Assembly: GCA_963775425.1 (NCBI GenBank)
Contig: CAVZJB010000017.1
Span: 224,001-288,000 of the forward strand
From: an uncultured delta proteobacterium
Lineage (GTDB): Bacteria > Myxococcota > UBA727 > VGSZ01
DNA: 64,000 nt
Reading direction: 5' to 3'
Below the pieces are notes generated by a model that worked only from the letters and a program-made list of their open reading frames with translations, did no database searches and was not told the DNA's origin. How positions within the stretch are numbered: position 1 is the first letter of the stretch; every line of letters begins with the position of its first letter. The position numbers were made by a program, and so were the translations under genes. Below are positions 55,427 through 64,000 of this stretch, piece after piece.

Positions 55427-56362
55427 ATGCGCCTCGCCGTCGTCGTCGATCGCCTCTGCCCCGCCTTGGCGTGCGCGCTCCTGGCCGGCTGCCTCGCGCT
55501 CGCCGGCTGCCCCTCTTTGCAGAGCTTCTATCGCGCCCGCGACGACGTCGGCGCCAGCATCGACGTCGCGTACGTCAACGACGGCCTGCACAAGCACCGG
55601 CTCGACGTCTACCACCCGCGCGACGCAGACAAGCCGTGGCCCGTGGTGGTGTTCGTCCACGGCGGCTTCTGGCGCGGCGGCGACAAGACCTACTGGCAGG
55701 CCATCACCGGGCTCTATGGAAACGTCGGCGTCGCGCTCGGTGAGCTCGGCGTCGGCGGCGTCGTCACCAACTACCGCTTGTGGCCGGGCGCCACGCTCGA
55801 GGAGATGCTCGACGACGTCACCGGCGCCCTCCTGTGGACGCACGCGCACATCCGCGAGATGGGCGGCGACCCCGACCGCATCTACCTGGCCGGCCACTCC
55901 GCCGGCGCCCACCTCGCGGCGCTGCTGGGCGCGGACCCGAGCCTCTTGCGCGCGCGCGGCTTCGATCCCGCGTGGCTGAAGGGGGTGGTCGCCGTGAGCG
56001 GCATCTACGACATCCCGGCGGCGCTGCCGCTCGTCGAGCCCGAGCTGCGCGACGGCGTGTTCACGGGGCTGTTCGGGCGGGAGCTGGCCGGCCAGAGGAA
56101 GGCCTCGCCGATGTTCCACTTCGGCGCGCACATGGCCCCCACGTTCTTCCTCGCGGGCGAAGAAGATTACCCGTCGGTGACGCACGACTTCCTCGAGGCG
56201 CAAAAGCAGCTCGCGCCCCTCGTCGGCGATCGCGCGTACTTCGAGCTGGTGCCGGGCAACACCCATGAGGAGATGGTGCTCGAGATCGGCACGGCCGACG
56301 ACGAGGTCGCCCCCGCCATCGCCGCGTTCGTGCGGGCGATGGACGCCCGCCGCGCGCGCTGA
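55427..56362 (+). CDS. Alpha/beta hydrolase (HSL-like esterase) lipoprotein
   Basis: LAGC lipobox, VHGGFW, GHSAG nucleophile elbow, G.ED, late His (NTH). Confidence 0.9.
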   Translation: MRLAVVVDRLCPALACALLAGCLALAGCPSLQSFYRARDDVGASIDVAYVNDGLHKHRLDVYHPRDADKPWPVVVFVHGGFWRGGDKTYWQAITGLYGNVGVALGELGVGGVVTNYRLWPGATLEEMLDDVTGALLWTHAHIREMGGDPDRIYLAGHSAGAHLAALLGADPSLLRARGFDPAWLKGVVAVSGIYDIPAALPLVEPELRDGVFTGLFGRELAGQRKASPMFHFGAHMAPTFFLAGEEDYPSVTHDFLEAQKQLAPLVGDRAYFELVPGNTHEEMVLEIGTADDEVAPAIAAFVRAMDARRAR

Positions 56363-56398
56363 GCCGCGATCAGCGCGGCCGCTCCCTCCGGTCGCTGA

Positions 56399-56665
56399 TC
56401 AGCCTTCGGGGACGAAGTCCGGGGGCAGCTTGCTTCCGTCGCCGAAGAAGAACTGCTCCATCTGCTGCTTGAGGATTTGCCGCGACGACTTGTCGGAGAG
56501 GTCGATGCGGTATTCGTTCATCAGCATCTTTTGATGCTCGAGCCACATGCCCCACGCCTCTTCGCTCACGTTCTCGAAGATGCGCTTGCCGAGCTCACCG
56601 GGGAGCGGCGCCTTCTCGAGGCCAGGGGCGTCCTTGTCGAGCTTCACGCAGTGAACGGTTCGCAT
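56399..56665 (-). CDS. yggX: Fe(II)-trafficking / oxidative damage protection protein
   Basis: MRTVHCVKL...[28 protein letters not shown]...MEQFFF. Confidence 0.92.
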   Translation of the reverse strand: MRTVHCVKLDKDAPGLEKAPLPGELGKRIFENVSEEAWGMWLEHQKMLMNEYRIDLSDKSSRQILKQQMEQFFFGDGSKLPPDFVPEG

Positions 56666-56827
56666 GGGGTGGATGTAGTGCGTCCGCGCGAAATCGCAAC
56701 CGAGTGTCGCGGTCTTGTAGGCGGCGGCGCGGGCGCGCGTATCGGTTCTTCGGCCGGGGCTCGGATGATCCCCCGTCCGTTGTTGGACGACGTCACGACC
56801 CGCCACGGCGCTCGCTAGCGTAACCAC

Positions 56828-58864
56828 ATGCTCGCACCGCTCCTCGCAATCGCCCTCGCCGCCGCGTCGCCGTCGCCCGTCGCCCGCGCCCCCGGAGGGG
56901 CAGGCCCGTCGCGCGTCGTCCCCGGACGCGCGCTTTTGAAGCTGAAGGGCATCGACGGCCACCGCCTCGCGCTGCCCCGCGCGAGCGACACGGCGGCGCG
57001 CGAGGCGCTCCCGAAGCTCGCCGGGCGCCACGACGTGACGCTCTCCCTGGTGAGGCCGGTGGTGCTCGGCTGGGCGCTCGTCGAGATCAGGGACGCCGCG
57101 TGGCCCAAGCGCATCCCCGGCGAGGCCGAGACCGAGGCGCTCGTCGCGCGCCTGCAGGGAGACGACGCGCTCGACGCGGTGAGCCCCGAGCATTGGTGGC
57201 GCAAGCTCGCGGTGCCGAACGACCCGGGCATCGGGCAGATGTGGCACTTCGACGCCATCGGCGCCGAGCGGGCCTGGGACGTGACGACCGGGACGGCGTC
57301 GCAGCGCGTGGGCATCGCGGACACCGGGCTGCTGTTGTCGCACGAGGACGTCGGCGACCGCGCCGTCGCCGGCTTCGACTTCGTCAGCGACGCGTTGTCT
57401 TCCAACGACGGCGATGGCCGCGACGGCGACTTCAATGACCCCGGCGACTCCTGCCAGGGCGAGCCGTCGTCGTTCCACGGCACGCACGTCGCCGGCACCA
57501 TCGGCGCGCGCGCGAACAACGGCCGCGGCGTCGCCGGCCTCAACTGGAACGCGGGCCTCGTCGTCGCGCGCGTGCTCGGCCGCTGCGGCGGCTCCGACGT
57601 CGACATCATGGAGGGCGCGGCCTGGCTCGCCGGTGCCCAGATCGACGGCGCGCCGGCCATCGGGGCGGACCGCGTGAGCGTGATGAACCTGTCGCTCGGC
57701 GGCGAGAGCGCGTGCTCGTCGTTCGACCAGCAGGTGATCGACTTCATCAACCAACAGGGCGTGGTGTTCGTCGCCGCGGCAGGCAACGACGGCGGCGCCG
57801 TCGGCAGCCCCGCCAACTGCGGCGGCGCGGTGGCGGTGGCCGCGTTCGGGCCCGACGAGAGCATCGCGGGCTACTCGTCCTTCGGCAGCGAGGTGCAGAT
57901 CGTGGCGCCGGGCGGCGACGAGCGCTTCGGCGTCGGCGGCGGCGTGTTGTCGTCCATCGGACCGCAGGCGGGGGGCTACGCGTTCCTCGAGGGCACGAGC
58001 ATGGCGGCGCCCCACGTGACGGGTGCCGTCTCCCTGCTGCAGTCGATCGCGCCGGGATTGTCGCGGGCGCAGATCGTGTCGGCGCTTCAGGCCGGCGGGC
58101 AGTCCTGCAGCGGCTGCGGCGGCGTGGCCATGCTGAACATCCCCGCTGCGCTGGCCGCGGTGGGCGGCGCGCCGCCGCAGACGCAGCCGCCGCAGACGCA
58201 GCCGCCGCAGACGCAGCCGCCGCCGGTGCAGGACGACGCGTTCGAGGAAAACGACGACCTCGGCCACGCCACCATCGCCGGCTGCGGCGTCGACGACGAC
58301 TCGCTCGTCGCCGCGCCCGCCGACCTCGACGTGTTCACGTTTGTTCCTCCCGCCGGCGGCAGCATCGCCGTGTCCATCCACGCCGACAACGGCGCCGACC
58401 TCGACCTCTACGTCACGGACACGCAGGGGAACATCCTGGCGCGCAGCGAGTCGTCGACGGGCGACGAGCGCATCGCGGGGACGACGAGCGGGCGGCGCCT
58501 CGGCGTCGTGGTGAGCCCGTACGTCGACCCGGGCACGGGCGTGCAGAACACCGGGCCCTATCGCCTGACGATCGCCTGCGGGCAGGCGGCGCAGGCGCAG
58601 TCGAACGACGACTTCGTCCCCGGCGACGTCGACGTCGACGACTCCGGCGGCGCGTCCCTGGGGGACGCCGGCGGCGACACGTCCGGCGACCCCGCGGGCG
58701 CCGACGGCGCGCACTTCCCCGGCGCGCCGGCGCCGGCGAACGACGCGCTCACGCGCCCGCACGCCGACGGAGGCTGCGCGGCCGCGGGCACCGAGCCGGC
58801 GGCGGTGGGCGCGCTCGCGCTATTGCTCGTGGCGCTCGCGCGGCGACGCACCCGGGGCGCTTGA
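56828..58864 (+). CDS. Subtilisin-like S8 serine protease with PPC-like domain and MYXO-CTERM-like tail
   Basis: [26 protein letters not shown]; PPQTQ x3 linker; DLDLYV; GGCAA...[10 protein letters not shown]. Confidence 0.93.
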   Translation: MLAPLLAIALAAASPSPVARAPGGAGPSRVVPGRALLKLKGIDGHRLALPRASDTAAREALPKLAGRHDVTLSLVRPVVLGWALVEIRDAAWPKRIPGEAETEALVARLQGDDALDAVSPEHWWRKLAVPNDPGIGQMWHFDAIGAERAWDVTTGTASQRVGIADTGLLLSHEDVGDRAVAGFDFVSDALSSNDGDGRDGDFNDPGDSCQGEPSSFHGTHVAGTIGARANNGRGVAGLNWNAGLVVARVLGRCGGSDVDIMEGAAWLAGAQIDGAPAIGADRVSVMNLSLGGESACSSFDQQVIDFINQQGVVFVAAAGNDGGAVGSPANCGGAVAVAAFGPDESIAGYSSFGSEVQIVAPGGDERFGVGGGVLSSIGPQAGGYAFLEGTSMAAPHVTGAVSLLQSIAPGLSRAQIVSALQAGGQSCSGCGGVAMLNIPAALAAVGGAPPQTQPPQTQPPQTQPPPVQDDAFEENDDLGHATIAGCGVDDDSLVAAPADLDVFTFVPPAGGSIAVSIHADNGADLDLYVTDTQGNILARSESSTGDERIAGTTSGRRLGVVVSPYVDPGTGVQNTGPYRLTIACGQAAQAQSNDDFVPGDVDVDDSGGASLGDAGGDTSGDPAGADGAHFPGAPAPANDALTRPHADGGCAAAGTEPAAVGALALLLVALARRRTRGA

Positions 58865-58896
58865 CCCCCGAGGAGGCCGCCGGGATAGTCCGGCGC

Positions 58897-61800
58897 ATGA
58901 AGCGCAAGCTGCTCCTCGGACTCGGCGTCGTCGTCGCGCTCCTCGTCGTCATCGTGGTCGCGGGCTTCGTGCTCATCAACCCGCAGAAGCTCGTCGCCGA
59001 AAAGAAGGACGACGTCCTCAAGCAGGTGTCGGCGAAGATCGGCCGGCAGGTCACCGCCGGCGACGTCACGGCCCACGTCGGCGGCGCGCTCACGGCGCGC
59101 ATCGCCAACGTGCAGATCGCCGGCGCCGACGCGAGCAAGAAGCCGCAGCTCGAGATGGGCGCGCTCGACATGCGCTTCTCGCTCCTGCACGCGCTCCTCA
59201 CGTTCGGAAAGGACCTCTACGTCGAGCGCTTCGACGTCCAGGGCCTCACCGTGCGGGCCGCGCGCGACGCCGAGGGGAGCTGGGACTTCCAGGACATCCT
59301 CGATCACCTGTCCTCCGGCGACGACGCCGCGGCCGAAAAGAGCGAGGGCGCGCCCGCGTTCCTCAAGGGCCTGCGCATCGCGAGCGCCCGCATCGAAGAC
59401 GGGCGCGTCGAGCTCGACGACAAGATGCTCGGCCGCCCGCTCGCCGTCGGCGCGCTCGCCGTCACCACGTCCGACGTCGAGCTCGGCAAGCCCCTCTCGG
59501 TCAAGCTCGCCTGCACGCTGGAGGACGGCGCCCGCAAGAGCCCCGTCGCCGTCTCCGCGAGCCTCGCGGTGCTGCCCGGGGATTTGTCGTTCAATCCCCT
59601 GCCCGACGTCTCCGTGAAGGCCAACCTCACGGACGTCGACCTCGGCCCCTGGGGCGGCCTCGCGCCGGCGGACGCGCCCGCGCCCGTCGCGGGCTCGCTC
59701 CGCGCGGCCCTCGACATCGCCGCCAAGGACGACGCCAAAAAGCTCGTCGTCGACGGCACGCTGTACGCGCGCGGCCTCGTCCTGCGCGACGCCGTCTCCG
59801 CCGCCGCCAGCGCCGCCGACAAGGCCTCCGCCCCCCGCGGCACCGCCCTCGACGCCGACGTCAACATCGCGCTCGACGTCGACCAGCAGGCGCCGCGCTA
59901 CTCCATCAAGCGGCTCACCCTGAAGGGCAACGGCCTGGACCTCAACGCAACCCTCGACGCCAAGGGCGCGTCGCTGGCCGCGCTCGACAAGGCGGACGTG
60001 CAGGCCTCCGCGCAGGACCTCGGGCGCGTGCTCGGGGTGTTGCCCCCGTCGCTGCGCGGGCTCCCCGAGGCCGTTCGCATCGAGGGTCCGCTCAAGGCCA
60101 AGCTCAAGAGCGACGGCGCCGACATCGACGCCTCCCTGGACCTCGACGGCGCCCGCGTCCGCTACATGGACGTCCCCGACGACGGCCCGGCGTCCCTGGC
60201 CACCGACGCGCTCTTTGACAAGCCGGCGTCGAAGGCGCTGAACGTCACGCTCCACGGCACGCGCGGCGGCAAGTCGCTCGACGTCGACCGCTTCGCCCTC
60301 GTCGTCGACAAGGCGAAGATCGGCGGCACGCTCTCGCTGCCCACCGACAAGAGCGCGCCGCTCGTCGCCGACATCAACAGCGGCCCTGTGGACCTCGCGT
60401 CGCTCCAGGACCTGGTGCCGCCCTTCAAGGCGGCCATCGGCCGCGGCCAGCGCGTGGCCGGCACCGCGGAGGTGAAGGTGAAGGCCTCGAGCCAGGGCGG
60501 CAAGCAACAGGCGGACGCGGCGGTGGAGCTCAAGAGCCTCGACGTCAACCTCGCCTCGACGATGGTGCGCGGCGGCGGCTCGGTGACGCTCAAGGCCGTC
60601 CCCGGCGCGGACGGCGTCGCGATCACCGCGGGGGCCAACCTCGACGCCTTGAGCGTGCAGAAGCACGGTGATGGCGGCGCCCTCGTCGTCAACAAGCCCT
60701 CGGGCCTCCCGCTGCGCCTCGACGTCGAGGCCAAGAAGGGAACGAACCGCGCCGACGTGCAAAAGGTGTTGCTCGCTATCGGCAAGAGCACCATCCAGGG
60801 ACACGGCAGCGTCAGCGCGCTCGACAAGGACACCCCCGTCCTCGACGTCGACCTCGGCGACGTCTCCCTCGGCTTCGACGACCTGCGCGCCGCCGTCCCG
60901 GGCGCGTCCAAGCTGCCGGCGGGCGGGCGCCTCACGGGCAAGCTCAAGCTCGGCGGCGGCACCTCTGCCAAGACCCTCGTCGTCGACGCCAAGAACATCA
61001 GCGCCACCTTCGGCCACAGCCGCATCGCCGGCGACGTGCGCGTGAAGGACCTCTCCGCCCCCGTCCTCGAGGTGAAGCTGCCGACGCTCGACGTGGCGTT
61101 CGACGACGTGCGGCCGCTGTCGGCGTCGGCGGCGGACCTGCCGGCGGGCGGGCGCTTCTCGGGGAGCCTGACCATGAGCGGTGACACGGCCCGGTCGTCG
61201 TCGGTGAAGGCGCACGTCAAGATCGACACGCTCGTCGCCGCCGGGAGCGACATGAGGGGCGACGTCGACATCCAGGACCTCGACAAGCCGCGCTTCGACC
61301 TCACGGTGACGTCGAGCAACCTCGACGTCGACAAGCTGCGCGACAGCTTCGGCGGCTCCGACGACGGCAAGCCCACGAAGCGGTCGGCCAAGGACAAGAA
61401 CAAGCACGGCCTCTCCCGGGAGACGCGCGCCATGCTGCGCGACGTGAACGGCAAGGGCTCCGTCACCGCGCGGCACGCGGTGGTGAAGGGCTTCCCCCTC
61501 GAGAACTTCAAGGGCGCGCTCGTCATGACCCGCGGCGTGGTGCGCTTCGACGCGCTCGACTTCGGCCTGTATGACGGCAAGGTCAGCGCCGCGGGCTCCA
61601 CCGTGGACCTGCCCGCGGAGCGGCTCGGTTACGACCTCAAGCTCAAGGGTGACAACATCGACTTCGGCTCGGCCGTGGCGTCGCAGACGGGGCTCGGCCA
61701 CGTCTTCTCGGGGCGCCTGTCACCCGACGTCGCCGTGACGGGCCGCGGCATCGCCGCGGGTGACTTCGCGCTGTCGGCGGAGGGGCCGGCGGGGCTCACG

Positions 61801-62385
61801 TTCAAGTCGCTGTCGCTGTCGTCGCTCGATCTGCTGTCGGCCATCACCGACGCGGTGAAGCGGACCGGCAAGGTCCCGGGGATGAAGGCGGCGTCGGCGT
61901 CGGACAAGGGCGTCGAGCTCCAGAGCTTCAAGGCCGCCACGCAATTCCTCGGGGGCAGGCTCAAGCTGCAAAGGCCCGTCGAGACCGAGAGCGGGCTCGG
62001 CAAGATCACCTGGACCGGCGCCGCCGGCCTCGACGCCGGCCTCGACCTCGGCGCCACGGTGAACCTCACGCCGCAGACCATCAGGAAGATGACCGGCGGG
62101 AAGCTCACGCCCAGGAGCGCGGTGCCGGTGCCGCTCAAGATCGGCGGCACGTGGGATCACCCGCGCGTCACGGGCGTCGACGTCGGCAAGCTCGTCGGCG
62201 CGCTCCTCGGCAGCGTCGCCGGCGGCGTCGTCGACGACATCAAGGACGACGCCAAGAAGTCCGGCACGCAGGCGGCCAAGGACCTCGCGGGCGACGCGCT
62301 CAAGGCGGCCACCGGCGACAAGAAGAAGAAGAAGTCCACCACCGACAAGGCCGTGGACGCCGCCAAGAAGCTCTTCGGCCACTGA
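58897..62385 (+). CDS. AsmA-like protein
   Basis: N-terminal TM anchor, KIGRQV..G, GSWDFQD, long beta-strand repeats, VPLKIGGTWDHP.V C-terminal motif. Confidence 0.82.
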   Translation: MKRKLLLGLGVVVALLVVIVVAGFVLINPQKLVAEKKDDVLKQVSAKIGRQVTAGDVTAHVGGALTARIANVQIAGADASKKPQLEMGALDMRFSLLHALLTFGKDLYVERFDVQGLTVRAARDAEGSWDFQDILDHLSSGDDAAAEKSEGAPAFLKGLRIASARIEDGRVELDDKMLGRPLAVGALAVTTSDVELGKPLSVKLACTLEDGARKSPVAVSASLAVLPGDLSFNPLPDVSVKANLTDVDLGPWGGLAPADAPAPVAGSLRAALDIAAKDDAKKLVVDGTLYARGLVLRDAVSAAASAADKASAPRGTALDADVNIALDVDQQAPRYSIKRLTLKGNGLDLNATLDAKGASLAALDKADVQASAQDLGRVLGVLPPSLRGLPEAVRIEGPLKAKLKSDGADIDASLDLDGARVRYMDVPDDGPASLATDALFDKPASKALNVTLHGTRGGKSLDVDRFALVVDKAKIGGTLSLPTDKSAPLVADINSGPVDLASLQDLVPPFKAAIGRGQRVAGTAEVKVKASSQGGKQQADAAVELKSLDVNLASTMVRGGGSVTLKAVPGADGVAITAGANLDALSVQKHGDGGALVVNKPSGLPLRLDVEAKKGTNRADVQKVLLAIGKSTIQGHGSVSALDKDTPVLDVDLGDVSLGFDDLRAAVPGASKLPAGGRLTGKLKLGGGTSAKTLVVDAKNISATFGHSRIAGDVRVKDLSAPVLEVKLPTLDVAFDDVRPLSASAADLPAGGRFSGSLTMSGDTARSSSVKAHVKIDTLVAAGSDMRGDVDIQDLDKPRFDLTVTSSNLDVDKLRDSFGGSDDGKPTKRSAKDKNKHGLSRETRAMLRDVNGKGSVTARHAVVKGFPLENFKGALVMTRGVVRFDALDFGLYDGKVSAAGSTVDLPAERLGYDLKLKGDNIDFGSAVASQTGLGHVFSGRLSPDVAVTGRGIAAGDFALSAEGPAGLTFKSLSLSSLDLLSAITDAVKRTGKVPGMKAASASDKGVELQSFKAATQFLGGRLKLQRPVETESGLGKITWTGAAGLDAGLDLGATVNLTPQTIRKMTGGKLTPRSAVPVPLKIGGTWDHPRVTGVDVGKLVGALLGSVAGGVVDDIKDDAKKSGTQAAKDLAGDALKAATGDKKKKKSTTDKAVDAAKKLFGH

Positions 62386-62399
62386 GGCTGGCCCGATGG

Positions 62400-62441
62400 A
62401 CGGCGGAGCGGAAAGGAGCTCCGGCGGTGGCGACGTTGTCT
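62400..62441. repeat. Short copy of the dispersed intergenic element
   Basis: Reverse complement AGACAACGTCGCCACCGCCGGAGCTCCTTTCCGCTCCGCCGT equals the two ends of 20578-20688 joined at GGAGC. Confidence 0.8.
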
Positions 62442-62459
62442 CGCCTTCGCTGATTCCGA

Positions 62460-62575
62460 GCGCCCAAGCTGAAGACCCGTGGGCGCCCGATTACGAGCCC
62501 GCGGATGCTCCTGACGCTGTGGCTGTACGCGATAGGCCAAGGGATGGGGCGCCGGGGAGATCGCGCCACCTCGGC
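62460..62575 (+). pseudogene. IS1182-like transposase fragment
   Basis: Translates RGRPITSPRMLLTLWLYAIGQGMG then, after a frameshift, AGEIA; resembles the IS1182 N-terminal GRP..PR.LL.LWLYA..G.GSAREIA motif. Confidence 0.6.
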
Positions 62576-62606
62576 CGCGCGGGGCCGGCGATCGCCGCAA
62601 GCACCT

Positions 62607-63086
62607 TCAGACGTACGTGAACACGGCCGGGTAGTGCGGGATCGTCATCGCGCGCGCCTTCTCCACGTCGTCGGGCGTGGGGTGCACGAGCACGACGGGG
62701 CACTTCAGGTGCTTCACCAACGCGCCCGCGGTGCTGCCGAACGGCACGTCGACGGCGCTGCGCTTGGAGTGGCTGGCGATGATGGCGAGGTCGCAGTCAC
62801 GGCTGGCGATGGCGATGGGCAACACCTCCGAGGGACGCCCGTCGAGCACGAGCGCCTCCACCTCGACGCCCGCCTCGAGCAGGGGCTTCTTGAACGCCTC
62901 GAGTTTGTCGGCCACCGTCTCCGCCTGCGGCAAGAGCCCGAGCTTTGCCTGGCACGACAACAGCACGACGCGAGCCTTCGTCGACGACGCCATCGCCTGC
63001 GCGATGTCCCGCTGCCGCACCGCCGCCGGCGGCGCGTCGACGTAGCGTTGCAGGGCGACGGGGAGGGCGATCACGCGGTAGATCAT
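62607..63086 (-). CDS. Universal stress protein
   Basis: GRP.E, DLAIIASH, FGSTAGALVKHLKCPVVLV. Confidence 0.85.
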   Translation of the reverse strand: MIYRVIALPVALQRYVDAPPAAVRQRDIAQAMASSTKARVVLLSCQAKLGLLPQAETVADKLEAFKKPLLEAGVEVEALVLDGRPSEVLPIAIASRDCDLAIIASHSKRSAVDVPFGSTAGALVKHLKCPVVLVHPTPDDVEKARAMTIPHYPAVFTYV

Positions 63087-63140
63087 GCGACACCCTAGCT
63101 TCGTTCGGCGCCGCGCGCAGCGCTCTGTTCGGCACCGACG

Positions 63141-63842
63141 TCAGCGCCGCAGACGGTCGGGCCGGCGCGCGTCCTTGAGCGGCGCGCGGGTGACGTCGCG
63201 GACGGCGTCGACGAAGGCGTCGCGGGCCGCTTCGAGCGCGTGCAACGGGCCCTTGAGGAACGCGCCGCCGAAGTTCGTCTCGGACGGCGGCGGGATGTGC
63301 TTGGCGAGGTCGACGTCGGCGGCCTTCAGCGCGGCGTCGACGGCGACCACGCTCTCGAGCGGCGGCGCGATCAGGTACGCCATGGGCTCGCCCGCCGCGA
63401 TGCCGGCCTCCTTGGACAGGTACGTGCCGGTCTCGGTGACGACGTGCGCGAGGAACGCAGGAGCTTCGTCGGCGCCGACCGCGCCTTCGGCGAAGGTCTG
63501 GAACCGCACGACGCGCAGGTGCTCGCGCAGCGCCCAGAGCGCCTCTGCGACGTGGTCCGGGTGCGCGCCCGCCACGATGCCGAGGATCTCCCCGGACAGC
63601 GGCCCCGACGCGTGCTTGCTCCCGGCGTAGAAGCTCCGCGCGAAAACGACGTCGACGGCGGCGAACTTGGTGGCGTGGTCGAGCGCCACGTACATCGCGT
63701 CGTCCTGGTCGCAGGTCAGCAGGCCCGCGCTCTTGTGGCGCTCGGGATCGAGCCCCAACGCCCGCGCGAGCTGCGCGTCGACCGCGTCAATTTGCCGGCA
63801 CGACAAGAGCGTCGGCCACAGGTCGACGAGCGCGTCGCTCAC
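63141..63842 (-). CDS. eutL: Ethanolamine utilization microcompartment shell protein (BMC-T)
   Basis: KSAGLLTCDQDDA.YVALD.ATK, SFYAGS.HASGPLSGE, GTYLSKEAG, AYLIAPPLE, DAALKAADV, PPSETNFGGA. Confidence 0.9.
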   Translation of the reverse strand: MSDALVDLWPTLLSCRQIDAVDAQLARALGLDPERHKSAGLLTCDQDDAMYVALDHATKFAAVDVVFARSFYAGSKHASGPLSGEILGIVAGAHPDHVAEALWALREHLRVVRFQTFAEGAVGADEAPAFLAHVVTETGTYLSKEAGIAAGEPMAYLIAPPLESVVAVDAALKAADVDLAKHIPPPSETNFGGAFLKGPLHALEAARDAFVDAVRDVTRAPLKDARRPDRLRR

Positions 63843-64000
63843 GCCTGCGACCGCTTGGCGACGACGACCTGCGGCCGCACGAGGTGCAGGCCGCCGCCGC
63901 CGGCCTCGAAGCTGCGCTTCATGAGCCGCGCGCACTCGAGCGCGGCCTGCGCCGGCGGCATGCCGAGGCCGCGGACGTTGCTGATGCAGTTCTTCTCGGC
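63839..64000 (-). CDS. eutC: Ethanolamine ammonia-lyase small subunit, C-terminal fragment
   Basis: Manual translation AEKNCISNVRGLGMPPAQAA...* matches the EutC RNCISNI motif; GTGA overlap with eutL. Confidence 0.8.
   Translation of the reverse strand, partial: AEKNCISNVRGLGMPPAQAALECARLMKRSFEAGGGGLHLVRPQVVVAKRSQA

Noticed and set aside
1-64000. tRNA, rRNA, riboswitch, integrase or prophage
   Set aside because: No recognisable signatures by eye; a covariance-model scan would be needed to exclude small RNAs.

Overview
Very GC-rich chromosomal window. Its C-terminal GC...hydrophobic...RRR (MYXO-CTERM-like) sorting tails, Myxococcus-type Cys-rich repeat, REC/J-like/TPR and Ser/Thr kinase fusions point to a Myxococcota-like bacterium (inference). 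About 50 CDS; no rRNA, tRNA, CRISPR array or intact mobile element was seen. Highlights: (1) a mycobacterial/fungal-type type I fatty acid synthase (AT-ER-DH-MPT, running off the left edge and missing from the ORF track), coupled to a TetR regulator with twin palindromic operators; (2) a compact divergent NAD/ADP-ribose-themed locus: Macro-like-SIR2 fusion + FHA on one strand, NrtR-like Nudix regulator, SPFH, NAD-kinase-like and 2OG-Fe(II) oxygenase on the other, sharing a 69-bp promoter/operator, which is the best candidate for an undescribed system; (3) a close MutH homologue outside its usual gammaproteobacterial setting; (4) a kinase-pseudo-cyclase-receiver fusion, a giant Asp-rich repeat surface protein, a TetR-flanked SH3/C39 lipoprotein, and eutC-eutL at the right edge; (5) a window-wide leaderless-promoter signature, a dispersed intergenic repeat and an IS1182-like remnant. 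Housekeeping blocks include gltB, amtB-glnK, lemA-TPM-TPM, alpha-2-macroglobulin-pbpC, a TrmH-family methyltransferase, yggX, AsmA and Usp. All family calls come from motif recognition by eye, not from database searches.
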